A DNA stretch of 48,602 nt. Source: a virus (taxonomy: Duplodnaviria > Caudoviricetes). Below are positions 18,115 to 27,671 of the stretch, one piece after another. The stretch lies in IMG/VR virus record IMGVR_UViG_3300014208_000011, positions 1 through 48,602 of that record; one strand, written 5' to 3'. Every line of letters starts with the position of its first letter. Positions within the stretch are counted from its first letter, which is position 1. The notes beneath the pieces are model-generated. The model was given only the letters and a program-made list of their open reading frames with translations, did no database searches and was not told the DNA's origin. Position numbers and translations under genes: made by a program.

Positions 18115-20049
18115 ATGTATAAGATTTCCGATAAAGACGAGCAAATGGTCAAGAGGATTTATGATGAATTCTCCGACATGCGCACGCTTCGAAAAAAACT
18201 GTGGAAATACTTCAATGATCGCACCCTTGAAGATTTTGTGGACGATTCGCAACTGCGACTGAACGGGTATGTCCCGACGAAAGAGTCGCAAGGAAAAGAG
18301 CAGTGGCAATCGAATGTGTTTCACCCGGTTACACGAAACAAATTCAAAGCTATCCTCGCTGCGGTCGCTCTCGATGTGCCTCAGACACGAATCACCGCTC
18401 AAAACGAAAAGAGCCAGCGTGATTACTGGCGTGCCCAAACCATCAAGGAACTCGTGAAGTTCTCGTATGATCAGGACAACAAAGAAGAGCAGGTGTTTTT
18501 TGAAGCGTGGGAAGCCTGTGAAAAGGGAACCGTCATCGTGTATGACGGCTACTTACGAGCGAAAGCAAAACGAAAAGTCGTCAAGAGCTTTGATACCATT
18601 ACAGGAGAAATTGAGACCGAAGAAGAGGAAATCGAAACCGACAGCCAATGTTTCAACCAAATCGTACCGCTGATGAATCTCTACATAGCGGATTTTCACG
18701 TGTTTAATATACAGAAACAACCCTCACTGATATGGATTGACCGTATGACGAAAGGCGTGTTTGAAAAAGAATACGGCAAGTATAAAAACGCTCAATATGT
18801 TCCCGAATCTGTTCCTAAAACACCGAAAAACGAAGACGACACGTTCTTTACGCATATGTGGCAAGAGAGATGGGACGGCGAAGAGCCTATCGAAGTTTTG
18901 AAATACTACAACAAACTCAATGATGAGTTCATCATTCTAGCGAACGGTGTTTTGCTCTTGAACGCCCCGTTGCTTTTGGGAAAGAAAAAGAAATGGTACC
19001 CATTCGCCAAGACAGTGTGCGAACCATTCTCAACCGAGTTCTTTTACGGGAATTCCATTCCGAACCTTCTTATGGGAGAGCAGGATGTGATCAATTCCTT
19101 GTACAATATGGCTCTCGACAAGACATATAAGTCAATGGCACCGCAACTTCTTATCGGCAATGCCAATAAGGATGATTTTGATCTCGAAGATCAGAACACA
19201 ACGATCGACACCAAGATATATGTCCAAGATATCAGTCAAGTTCGAGAGATGCCTATCACAGGTGTCAATCAAAGCGATGTGAAGATGATTGAAATCATAT
19301 CGCGAGGGCTTGATCTCACATCGGTTGACTCCAACCAGCAAGGCGTAGCAGGAAGGGGCGTCACGGCACGTGAAGTGGTGATTGCCAACGAGAATGCGAA
19401 AAAACTCAAGGGAATTTTGTATATGTTCCTGACTTCTTTGTGGTTGCAGAAGATAAAACTGCGCATTATGAACATTCTGGTATACTACACCAAACCAAGT
19501 GTTCAAAAAATACTCGATAAAGAAGGAAAAGCAAGCAATATCCTTGATGAATATCGTTCATTTACAGTTGATAATGCGGAATTACCGGATCCAAACGGTG
19601 AAATGACAAAAGGAACACTTGGCATTCAGATATATCCTGATCAGAAATCGCTTCCGAAGCAATCGGAACTCGATATCCAAGAGATGAAACACACGAAACA
19701 AGCCAAAGAAAACTATCAAGTGATAGCTATGACAGCGGATTACCTCGATGATTGGCAGTATGATGTCAAAGTCATATCCGAGTCGGTATTTCAAACAGAA
19801 TCAAGCCTCTCACAATCGAAAATGGAGGATAAATTGCGTATCCTTGGAGCGTACTTCCCGCAAGTCATCGCTCAAAACGGAGAGAAGCTCGCTAAAGATA
19901 CCATTACGGCATTTGATGACGATCCCGACGAGTATGAGTTAGCGCCACCACCACCAGCCCCAATTCCGGGAATGCCAGGACAGGCTCCAGTTCCAGGAGC
20001 AGATATGGCAACAGCCGGACAGGCAGGAATGCCACCATTACCAGCATAG
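18115..20049 (+). CDS. Portal protein (P22/podovirus-like)
   Basis: 644 aa after the terminase; PFAK...FYGNSIP..L..EQD.IN and TAREV motifs; Pro-rich tail. Confidence 0.85.
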   Translation: MYKISDKDEQMVKRIYDEFSDMRTLRKKLWKYFNDRTLEDFVDDSQLRLNGYVPTKESQGKEQWQSNVFHPVTRNKFKAILAAVALDVPQTRITAQNEKSQRDYWRAQTIKELVKFSYDQDNKEEQVFFEAWEACEKGTVIVYDGYLRAKAKRKVVKSFDTITGEIETEEEEIETDSQCFNQIVPLMNLYIADFHVFNIQKQPSLIWIDRMTKGVFEKEYGKYKNAQYVPESVPKTPKNEDDTFFTHMWQERWDGEEPIEVLKYYNKLNDEFIILANGVLLLNAPLLLGKKKKWYPFAKTVCEPFSTEFFYGNSIPNLLMGEQDVINSLYNMALDKTYKSMAPQLLIGNANKDDFDLEDQNTTIDTKIYVQDISQVREMPITGVNQSDVKMIEIISRGLDLTSVDSNQQGVAGRGVTAREVVIANENAKKLKGILYMFLTSLWLQKIKLRIMNILVYYTKPSVQKILDKEGKASNILDEYRSFTVDNAELPDPNGEMTKGTLGIQIYPDQKSLPKQSELDIQEMKHTKQAKENYQVIAMTADYLDDWQYDVKVISESVFQTESSLSQSKMEDKLRILGAYFPQVIAQNGEKLAKDTITAFDDDPDEYELAPPPPAPIPGMPGQAPVPGADMATAGQAGMPPLPA

Positions 20050-20052
20050 TTT

Positions 20053-20355
20053 ATGAAAAGATTTAAACTGCTACTTATTAAGTTCCTTGGAAACGACATT
20101 TATCAGCCGGAAAGTTTAGATGAGGAAACAATGAACAAATGGCTGATGATGTCGTACCGGGATAACGGGTTCAAGAATTACTACACGATGCGTAAAAAGT
20201 ATCTCGTGAGCAAAATGGCACTCGGTGTCGAGGGAAAAGAAATGTGGGAGACGCTCGGACGATTGAATGAGCTGAAAGCATTGACCGTCAACATCACGAC
20301 AGCTTACAAGACTCTTGACAAAAAGAAGAAGAAACTTGCAAGTGAAAAGAAATAA
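20053..20355 (+). CDS. Small protein following portal
   Basis: 100 aa in the usual post-portal position. Confidence 0.7.
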   Translation: MKRFKLLLIKFLGNDIYQPESLDEETMNKWLMMSYRDNGFKNYYTMRKKYLVSKMALGVEGKEMWETLGRLNELKALTVNITTAYKTLDKKKKKLASEKK

Positions 20356-20515
20356 CCGTATACTATAGTTGACAATTTATAAACCATCACAAAGCCATTA
20401 AGAGGCCAAGGTCTTCCTCTGAATGATTTACGTGATGGTTTATCATTCGAGGTTGACCCTGTTCTCTTAATTGAGACAGGGTTTTTACCATTATGCACGA
20501 CGTTCGATCTCGTGT
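20336..20515 (+). promoter_or_regulatory. Promoter and structured leader of the scaffold/capsid operon
   Basis: TTGCAA-17 nt-TATACT (20336-20364); stems ATAAACCATCAC/GTGATGGTTTAT and ACCCTGT..ACAGGGT followed by a T tract. Confidence 0.65.
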
Positions 20516-20536
20516 TGAAACAAACGAATTAAAAGT

Positions 20537-21280
20537 ATGGAAGATTCCCAAAAAGACTTAAATACGGTAACTGTTACCGATGACGATGGTCAGTCAGAAA
20601 CAACGGAAAATACTACGGAATCGAAAGATACCGAAGTAGCCGAACTTCAAGAACGTCTGAAAAAGACGGAAGAAGAGCGAGACAACTACAAGACAGGTTT
20701 GCTCAAGTTGAAAAAAACCGATAGAACTCTCGAAGCGAAGAAAGATACCACTGTTCGTTCATTGGATCAGCAAGATGAAGACGCTGATTGGGATGATGAT
20801 TCCAAGAAATTCCAAAAACAGACTCTTTCCAAAGCTGAGAAGGTAGCCCAAAAGGCAGCCGAGAGTGTATATCAGAAAGCCAACGAAAAACAGGCTATCA
20901 ACAGTTTTCTCGAACAATATCCGGATTTTCAGTCTGATGAAGAATGGCAAGAGATTCTGTCGAACTATAACCCGAAAAATGGAAAGGATAGCGTTTCCAA
21001 TATCATGAAAGACCTTGAACGCGCGCGAATAAATGTCTTGTATGAAAAAGGAGACCTTGAGAAACTTTCCGTTGAAGCGGAGAATCGCGGTAAACAAAGA
21101 GGCTATGCCGAAGGTATGCACGCGGATCTTATGACTTCAGGAGGAACTCGACAGAAATCTTCTAACAAGGACGGCAAGGAAATATCCGACGGAGCTCGCG
21201 CATTGGCGACAAAGTTTCGGATAGATCCAAAGAAATTGGCTCAGGAAGATGATTCCAACAGAGCTACTATAAGTTTTTAA
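20537..21280 (+). CDS. Capsid scaffolding protein
   Basis: Acidic N-terminus, coiled coil, located before the capsid genes. Confidence 0.7.
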   Translation: MEDSQKDLNTVTVTDDDGQSETTENTTESKDTEVAELQERLKKTEEERDNYKTGLLKLKKTDRTLEAKKDTTVRSLDQQDEDADWDDDSKKFQKQTLSKAEKVAQKAAESVYQKANEKQAINSFLEQYPDFQSDEEWQEILSNYNPKNGKDSVSNIMKDLERARINVLYEKGDLEKLSVEAENRGKQRGYAEGMHADLMTSGGTRQKSSNKDGKEISDGARALATKFRIDPKKLAQEDDSNRATISF

Positions 21281-21290
21281 TTAAAATGCA

Positions 21291-21731
21291 ATGGCAGTAA
21301 AACACTTGAGGGGGAAATTCGCTATCGAATGGTACCCAAAAACAGCAAGCACCGCCTACACGCTGAACGACATGGTTGAGATTCTCACCACGGCAGCGGG
21401 AGTCGGTACACTTGCAAAAGTTACGAGTTCTTCCACGAAGATTCTCGGACTGATTCAGAAGACTATCGCATCAACTGACAGCGATTACGCATCCGCTTCA
21501 TTGGTTCCAGTGCTCGTTCCTGAAGTAAACACCGAGTTCGAGTTTGATGTTTCAACCGGAACGGCTGCTACAACCGATATCGGAGAAATGATTGACGCTG
21601 ACGATGAAAACTCTGTCGATGTCAACGCTTACACCGTCGGTGTAGTCGAAGTCACCGGCATCGTATCGACGACAAAGATCATCGGTAAGATCGCCAAGAA
21701 GAGCGGAGTCGCAGTAGGAGTCACAGCATAA
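21291..21731 (+). CDS. Capsid cement/decoration protein
   Basis: 146 aa, T/V/A-rich and beta-like, between scaffold and MCP. Confidence 0.6.
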   Translation: MAVKHLRGKFAIEWYPKTASTAYTLNDMVEILTTAAGVGTLAKVTSSSTKILGLIQKTIASTDSDYASASLVPVLVPEVNTEFEFDVSTGTAATTDIGEMIDADDENSVDVNAYTVGVVEVTGIVSTTKIIGKIAKKSGVAVGVTA

Positions 21732-21753
21732 ATTAACCAGTAATTCAAAAGCA

Positions 21754-23546
21754 ATGATTTTAACAACTCAATTTAACGACGTGGTAAACTAATTCTCTGC
21801 CTCGTCGGTAAACGAATCTTTCCTGATTAATGGCGGAACTCCTGCAGAGGACAACGCTCAGCAAGCAACGAAAGTGTGCAGCTGCAACGACTGAGTGGAA
21901 AGAAATGAAGATTCTGCTCTTTGACAATTATATAGTGTAGTGGTAAAATGGTTTTATGACAATGTTAAATAAAAAACATAGTGATGAAACTAAGCAAAAA
22001 ATCCAAGCGAAACTTCTTGGGAGGTGTTGGAAGCCTGTTAGATTGTGCTTAATTTGTGGAGAAGATGGAGTAAGACCTGGTAGAAAATATTGTTCCGAGG
22101 AATGCTATGGCATATCTCGTAAAGGAATAATAACCTGGATGAAGGGAAAAACTCATACAGATAAGTCTAGAAGTAAAATTAGCAAATCTCATAAAGGAAA
22201 GACTCCTCATAATTACGGAAAACCTAACTATAAAGGACGAGGAGAAAACTGTCATCTTTGGAAAGGTGGACTAACAAAAGAAGGCGTAAGGATACGGACA
22301 AGTATTGAGTATAAAAATTGGAGGCGATTAGTCTTCAGTAGAGATAATTTTACCTGTCAAGATTGTGGAAAGCGAGGTGGAGAGAAACATGCTCATCACA
22401 TCAAAGATTTTGCTACCAATCCGGAATTGAGATTCGATGTATCAAACGGAATTACACTATGCCCTGAATGTCACAAAAAAACGGATAATTATCCAAAGAA
22501 TCTTCATTAAGCAACAGTCTGAGCAACGACTATAACAAAATGAAATCGTTGAGAGAAACCTGAAGCGGTTTTTCCCCTATATTTTAGGAGTAACAAAGTG
22601 AAAGAATGCCAAAGTGCAGTGGAGGGAAGGCTTTATGGCTGTTCCTAAAGCGGCTCGGCAGATGTACGACGTGACTTCTACGGATGTTATGACGTCAGAA
22701 CACTCCATCATCGACGGTTACGGCTTTGCAAAGCGAAAGCAACAGGGTCAAAACTACACCTACGGTTCTATCAAACAAGGATATACCTTGAACCTTTCTC
22801 AGACTCGTATCGGTCTTATGGACGCGATTACGTGGGAAATGCGAAAGTTTGACAAGTATCGAGAAATCGACAAGAAAATGCGAGCACTCGGTGAAACGAC
22901 TGCAAAGCGTATCGAACTCGATCTCACCCACCTGTTCACATTCGGTATGAGCGCAGCCTCGTACACGAACATGGACACCGAAACGATAGCTACAACCAGT
23001 GCTGACGGTCAGAATATCTTTGACACCGACCACACGATTACCGGTGGTTCAGATACATATTCCAACCTCATCACCACAGCGTTTAGCCGTGCAGGTCTTG
23101 AAGAGGCTGAAAACAAGTTCAATACTTTCGTTGACAACAACGGAAATATCGTCTTGGTTGAGCCTGACACCATCATCACAGGACGCAACGTGACCATTCA
23201 GAACTCCGTCAAGGAATTCCTCAAGTCTACGCTCGTTCCTGATGAAGCCAACAACGCGACTAACGTCTACTCTGGAAAATACAAGCACTTGGTGCTTCCT
23301 TTCCTTGGAACAACCGCTGCTGGTGCTCCTACGACTTCGTACGACAACTACTGGATGCTTGCAGACTTGAAGCATAAAGACGCGTTGTGCGAGATTTCCG
23401 AAGAGCCTACATTTACCGCGCCTACTATGGGTGGTAACGGTGAAGACTTCGAAACGGACGACTGGAAGTTCAAGAGCTCCGCATGTTACGACTACGGTGT
23501 GCTCGACTTCAAATGGATCGTTGGTTCGACTGGTGCAACTTCTTAA
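21754..23546 (+). CDS. Major capsid protein, spliced (exon 1 21754-21785, exon 2 22601-23546; 325 aa)
   Basis: The join gives MILTTQFNDVVKNAKVQWREGF...; ADGQNIFDTDH, PDTII and the C-terminal DYGVLDFKWIVGSTG resemble HK97-fold capsids. Confidence 0.85.
21786..22600 (+). mobile_element. Group I self-splicing intron (815 nt) in the MCP gene
   Basis: P1 GACGTGGT/GCCTCGTC with U.G at the 5' splice site; P3 CTTTCC/GGAAAG; P7 GACTG (21889)/CAGTC (22515); P8 AATGAAGATT/AATCTTCATT enclosing the ORF; terminal G at 22600; splicing restores the frame. Confidence 0.9.
21956..22510 (+). CDS. Intron-encoded HNH homing endonuclease with NUMOD3-like repeats
   Basis: KHSDETKQKI and GKTHTDKSRSKIS repeats, RDNFTCQDCG, AHHIK and NGITLCPECH; own promoter TTGACA-17 nt-TAAAAT at 21921-21949. 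Confidence 0.92.
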   Translation: MTMLNKKHSDETKQKIQAKLLGRCWKPVRLCLICGEDGVRPGRKYCSEECYGISRKGIITWMKGKTHTDKSRSKISKSHKGKTPHNYGKPNYKGRGENCHLWKGGLTKEGVRIRTSIEYKNWRRLVFSRDNFTCQDCGKRGGEKHAHHIKDFATNPELRFDVSNGITLCPECHKKTDNYPKNLH

Positions 23547-23623
23547 TTGACCTAATCGGGGCGGGATTGACGCCGTAAGGTAGGAATCCCGAAAGGGACT
23601 ATATACCCGCCCCTCACAACACT

Positions 23624-24034
23624 ATGTCAAGCGTATCCGAACTCAAGAGTTTCATGGTGAAGCAGTCTATTTTAACGGAATCGAAAACATTGACGGATTC
23701 AGACTCCGGTCGAACATTCTTTTTGAATGTCGCTGGAGGATTGACCGTTACGCTTCCGAGTCCTCGTGCCGGAGTACGATTCGAATTCATCGTTAAAACA
23801 GCTCCAACGACAGCCTACATCATCACTTCAGCCACCAATATAATCGTAGGAGGGATTTACACATCCGATATCAATGCGGAGGCGGATTCTGACTTCGAGA
23901 CAAGCGGTGTTGACGTAATCACCTTCACAGCCAATCGGGCGAAAGTCGGTGATCGTGTCGAGATTGAATCTGATGGTACCAACTGGTTTGTCAGGGGATT
24001 CTGCGGAATAAATGAAGCAATAACACTAAGTTAA
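23624..24034 (+). CDS. Virion decoration-like protein (paralog A)
   Basis: TLTDSDSGRTFFL..TVTLP..GVRFEFIV...SDGTNWFV; follows the MCP gene. Confidence 0.65.
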   Translation: MSSVSELKSFMVKQSILTESKTLTDSDSGRTFFLNVAGGLTVTLPSPRAGVRFEFIVKTAPTTAYIITSATNIIVGGIYTSDINAEADSDFETSGVDVITFTANRAKVGDRVEIESDGTNWFVRGFCGINEAITLS

Positions 24035-24109
24035 TAACTGAGCCAAGTTTGACGCAAGGGTGATTCCTTGTAGGAAAGCAATCATATATACTGGCTCTTA
24101 AAAATCATT

Positions 24110-24763
24110 ATGGGTAGAGCAACACAATTCAAGAACTTCATGGTAAAGCCAAGGACGCTCACCGCCGTTACCTCGCTTTCAGAAGCTGATTGCGGAAAGA
24201 CTATTTTCCTCAATTCAACAACTGAATTTGAAGTAACGCTTCCAAAAGTCAAAGCCGGTCTTAACTTCAATTTCGTCGTGAAAGCGGCTCCGTCGGGAGC
24301 AAGCTACACGATCGTTACGAACGAGGGAACTCCTTTGATGTTTGGTCAGGTGTTCACCACGGATGTCAACGCCGAGAATGACAGCGATCTCAATATTACC
24401 GCCGCTCAAAAATTCACGTTCGTGGATGGTGTGGCTGTTGTAGGAGATAGCGCGAAGTTTGTCAGTGATGGTACTTATTGGTATGTACAAGGGTTTTGTT
24501 CCGTCTATAACGGAGAAACAATCACTCTTTCACAATCAGTTTCACCTTCAGTGTCTCCTTCGGTCAGCCCGTCGGCATCTCCTTCGGTTTCTGTCTCGAT
24601 CTCGCCTTCGGTGTCTGTATCGATTTCACCGTCGATATCTCCATCGGTCTCGAAATCTATCAGTCCGTCGGTATCGACTTCACTCAGTCCGAGTGTCAGT
24701 CCTTCGGTGTCTGTATCGAAGAGTCCTTCGGTATCACCTTCGATTTCACCATCTGTTTCTTAG
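24110..24763 (+). CDS. Virion decoration-like protein (paralog B) with C-terminal (Ser-X)n tail
   Basis: Clear paralog of 23624-24034 plus a 77-aa Ser-alternating tail. Confidence 0.7.
   Translation: MGRATQFKNFMVKPRTLTAVTSLSEADCGKTIFLNSTTEFEVTLPKVKAGLNFNFVVKAAPSGASYTIVTNEGTPLMFGQVFTTDVNAENDSDLNITAAQKFTFVDGVAVVGDSAKFVSDGTYWYVQGFCSVYNGETITLSQSVSPSVSPSVSPSASPSVSVSISPSVSVSISPSISPSVSKSISPSVSTSLSPSVSPSVSVSKSPSVSPSISPSVS
24530..24760 (+). repeat. (Ser-X)n / SPS repeat tract 1 (77 aa)
   Basis: Ser at every second residue with mixed Ser codons. Confidence 0.95.
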
Positions 24764-24816
24764 TTTATACGGTGGGCTTCTACAGAGCCTACCTATAAGC
24801 CAATAAGCATAACAAT

Positions 24817-25011
24817 ATGGGATCACCAAACTGGTCAAAGATACCATTCGATAAGATGCCTCAATGGAAAAAAGAGGAAATTCTAGCGAAATCAAGAAAA
24901 GATATACAGGTTTTAGAGAACGATTTAAAAACTAATTTGACCTGCGATGTGTGTCAAAGAGAAGCTAAGAGTTTAGCCGGACTTGTTGCGCATAAGCGAT
25001 CACATAAATAA
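24817..25011 (+). CDS. Small C2H2 zinc-finger protein
   Basis: CDVC...SLAGLVAHKRSH. Confidence 0.7.
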   Translation: MGSPNWSKIPFDKMPQWKKEEILAKSRKDIQVLENDLKTNLTCDVCQREAKSLAGLVAHKRSHK

Positions 25012-25015
25012 TATT

Positions 25016-25648
25016 ATGACTAAATTTTATCCATCACAAAAAGAAATTCTTCTAAACGAAGACGGTTCAGTAAGGTTTAACGGTGGTGTTGCAGACGGTG
25101 AGGCTGTTGAAGCCGATCCTATCCTTGTTGGTGGAGAATACAATGCAGAAGCACCAACTTACCAGAATGGTTCACAAACAACTCTTCAGCAAGACAGAAG
25201 AGGAAATCTTAAAACAGTCGGTAGCTCTGTATATAATGCAACCGCTCCTACGTTAGCCAATGGCGAGGTAGCTACTCAGCAATTAGATGTCAACGGAAAT
25301 CTTAAGGCAACTCTCGCAACAGCAATCGCAGGTGAAGACCTCACGAATGACGTGTTGAAGGTGGAACAGAGATATAGTTATGCATACTGTGTAGCTGATA
25401 CACTGGTAAAAACAGGGGCTGGGTTCTTGCATACTCTGACATTCAGTCCCACTGATGCCGCCGCTACGGCAGGGACGATATTTGTCTACGATAAGACAAC
25501 CGAAGCGACTCCGACTATATTCTCGTACACTATTCCAGCAGCTGCTCTGGTTCCCGTAACTGTAACCCTCGATGTAAGTTTCACTACCGGTCTTTATATT
25601 GGCTTCACAACGACAGCAGACGTTGCTGTTACTGTGAGCTACAGATAA
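25016..25648 (+). CDS. Virion structural protein
   Basis: T/A/V-rich with an internal repeat YNAxAPT..NG...Q.D..GNLK. Confidence 0.65.
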   Translation: MTKFYPSQKEILLNEDGSVRFNGGVADGEAVEADPILVGGEYNAEAPTYQNGSQTTLQQDRRGNLKTVGSSVYNATAPTLANGEVATQQLDVNGNLKATLATAIAGEDLTNDVLKVEQRYSYAYCVADTLVKTGAGFLHTLTFSPTDAAATAGTIFVYDKTTEATPTIFSYTIPAAALVPVTVTLDVSFTTGLYIGFTTTADVAVTVSYR

Positions 25649-25651
25649 ATT

Positions 25652-26305
25652 ATGTCAAGAAATATAATAATAGCAGAAAATTGTTTGATGCTTGATGGAT
25701 CCGGTGACTATGTGGTCACTCCGATTACCCCTGGAGTTGGACCTCTTTCTGTCGCTGTTTGGGTAAAGAGATATGCCACAGGTGGGGTAAATAATGACAG
25801 AATATTTGATTGTTTTGATGGCGCTCCAACAAATGGGTTCGCCTTGAGACAGCCGAACGGTGGAAAAGGTTTTAATTTTGATGTGTATAACAACGGTGCA
25901 TTGCAAGCAACTCCAGCAACAGGCGATTTGGAATTGAATCGCTGGTATCACATCGTTTGTACTTTCGCTACTAATTCAGTAAAGATATATGTTAATGGAG
26001 TGCAAGTTGGTGCAACAGATACATCGTGTACTTTGACACAAACGACAAGTGTTTTGCGAATTGGTACCCGATTAGGAGAAGCTGCCTCTTATTTCTTTGG
26101 GATGCTTAAAGACTTCCTGTATTACGACAGAGTTCTTACCCTGACAGAAATAGAAAATCTCTATTACAGTAGAACTATTCCAACTACACCAGTCATTTAC
26201 TACAAGTTCAATAACGACGCATTGGATTCCTCTGGTAATGGTAACAATGGAACACTCACCGGAGCAACATACGGTGTATTTAATTCACCTAGATTATCAG
26301 TGTAA
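25652..26305 (+). CDS. LamG/concanavalin A-like lectin domain protein
   Basis: LDGSGDYV, SVAVWVK, WYHIVCT, IYVNG, YDRVLT..EI and DSSGNGNNGT motifs. Confidence 0.88.
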   Translation: MSRNIIIAENCLMLDGSGDYVVTPITPGVGPLSVAVWVKRYATGGVNNDRIFDCFDGAPTNGFALRQPNGGKGFNFDVYNNGALQATPATGDLELNRWYHIVCTFATNSVKIYVNGVQVGATDTSCTLTQTTSVLRIGTRLGEAASYFFGMLKDFLYYDRVLTLTEIENLYYSRTIPTTPVIYYKFNNDALDSSGNGNNGTLTGATYGVFNSPRLSV

Positions 26306-26994
26306 TGTCCAGAAGTAATAAAGCACTAAATTTCGCAAGTGACGCTGCCAATAGGGTTGTTATTACAGATGCATCAATTCTTCGACCAGATGCGACAAAT
26401 ATCTTCTCGTGGTGTAATTGGTTCTATTTGTTCAGTACAAACAATAATTTACTACCAAGGTTTGTAGAAAAAGGTGCTCATTACACCTGTATTATGGGTG
26501 ACCAAACAGTGGGGACAGTCCATAACAGAGTAGCTCTGGAAGTTCAAGCGACTGGAACAGTTGTAGAATACTGGGGGTCCACGAAGATTCAGCCGAACAG
26601 ATGGTATCACATTGCCACCACATTCAATGATGGTGAGTGCCAGCACTACCTGAACGGAGTTAAAGAATCTATGGTAGTCATAAATAACGCTCTTCCGTAC
26701 CAGTCTCCACTAGAAACCTCCGCTGGTTCTGATTTGAAGATAGGAAACAGCTCCGCTAACACGAGAAATCCAAATGGGTATATATGCAATGTCACTCAAC
26801 ACAACGTAGCACTGACACAAGAAGAAGTCATAACAATAATGAATGGGGGCAATGTTTCAAGAGGATTAGTTGGAAAATGGAACGTAGACGAGGGTACTGG
26901 TGCAACTGTTGCTGACTCAAGTGGAAATGGTAACAATGGCACGATAACTGGTGCTGTGTGGGAAACATTTGTAAATACGAGAAACTCTGTATAA
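26305..26994 (+). CDS. LamG/concanavalin A-like lectin domain protein (tandem paralog)
   Basis: WYHIATT, YLNG, NVALTQEEV and GLVGKW..DEGTG..VADSSGNGNNGT motifs. Confidence 0.88.
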   Translation: MSRSNKALNFASDAANRVVITDASILRPDATNIFSWCNWFYLFSTNNNLLPRFVEKGAHYTCIMGDQTVGTVHNRVALEVQATGTVVEYWGSTKIQPNRWYHIATTFNDGECQHYLNGVKESMVVINNALPYQSPLETSAGSDLKIGNSSANTRNPNGYICNVTQHNVALTQEEVITIMNGGNVSRGLVGKWNVDEGTGATVADSSGNGNNGTITGAVWETFVNTRNSV

Positions 26995-27062
26995 TAAAAA
27001 ACTCCTCATCTGGCTAGGAATACTATAATAAATGCCATAAGAAGCAATAATATGAACCGAGG

Positions 27063-27671
27063 ATGGAAAGAATAATTTGTTTTACGGCGATTTGTGGAGA
27101 TAAAGACAAGGCGCGGACTGATATTCGCGTCTTTTCTGAATACGACAAGTTTAAAAGTTCAGTCTATAACGCGAAAATAGCGAAGATACTGGCACATAAG
27201 TTCCTTGATTGTGATATATCCGTGTGGATGGACGGAAACATCTCCTTAAACGTTCCTGTCGAGCAAGTCGTAAAGGAGTGGCTCGGAGACGCGGATATAG
27301 CCTTTTTCAGACACTATAAGAGCAAGGATTTGGATTGGGAGAACCGTTGGATAAAGTATAAGTTTGGAAGACACTCGGAAGTAGCAAAAGAAGCAGAGAA
27401 ACAGTACGAAAGGTACAAGCCTCTAAACATCAGAAAAGAAGAGCTAGGAATGGGAGGATTTATCATAAGGAGGCATACTCCGTTAGTTGAAGCCTTTAAT
27501 AACGAATGGTGGTCAGAAATTTGCGCTTTTGGAGAGCGTGACCAGATGAGTTTACCAGTAGTTTTGAGAAAGTTCCCAGAATTGAAGGTGAACAGAATAA
27601 ACCTTGACATAAAGCAGAACGAGTTTCTCACTTATAGTCCGCACAACTACGATGTTGCAATTTCTCAGTAA
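27063..27671 (+). CDS. Glycosyltransferase-like protein (DUF616/TOD1-MUCI70 type)
   Basis: FTAICG.KD, KILAH, SVWMDGN, IIRRH, FNNEWW and RDQMSL motifs. Confidence 0.75.
   Translation: MERIICFTAICGDKDKARTDIRVFSEYDKFKSSVYNAKIAKILAHKFLDCDISVWMDGNISLNVPVEQVVKEWLGDADIAFFRHYKSKDLDWENRWIKYKFGRHSEVAKEAEKQYERYKPLNIRKEELGMGGFIIRRHTPLVEAFNNEWWSEICAFGERDQMSLPVVLRKFPELKVNRINLDIKQNEFLTYSPHNYDVAISQ

Noticed and set aside
22614-23546. MCP starting at GTG 22614 as in the ORF track
   Set aside because: Better explained as exon 2 of a spliced gene starting at 21754.
23566-23606. TTGACG...TATATA as a sigma70 promoter
   Set aside because: Spacers of 27 and 30 nt in the two copies are incompatible with a promoter; kept as an RNA motif instead.
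24459-24806. Arg/Leu-rich alternative-frame ORF over the SPS tract (and antisense 38152-38427)
   Set aside because: Shadow frames of the Ser/Pro repeat; no independent start signals.
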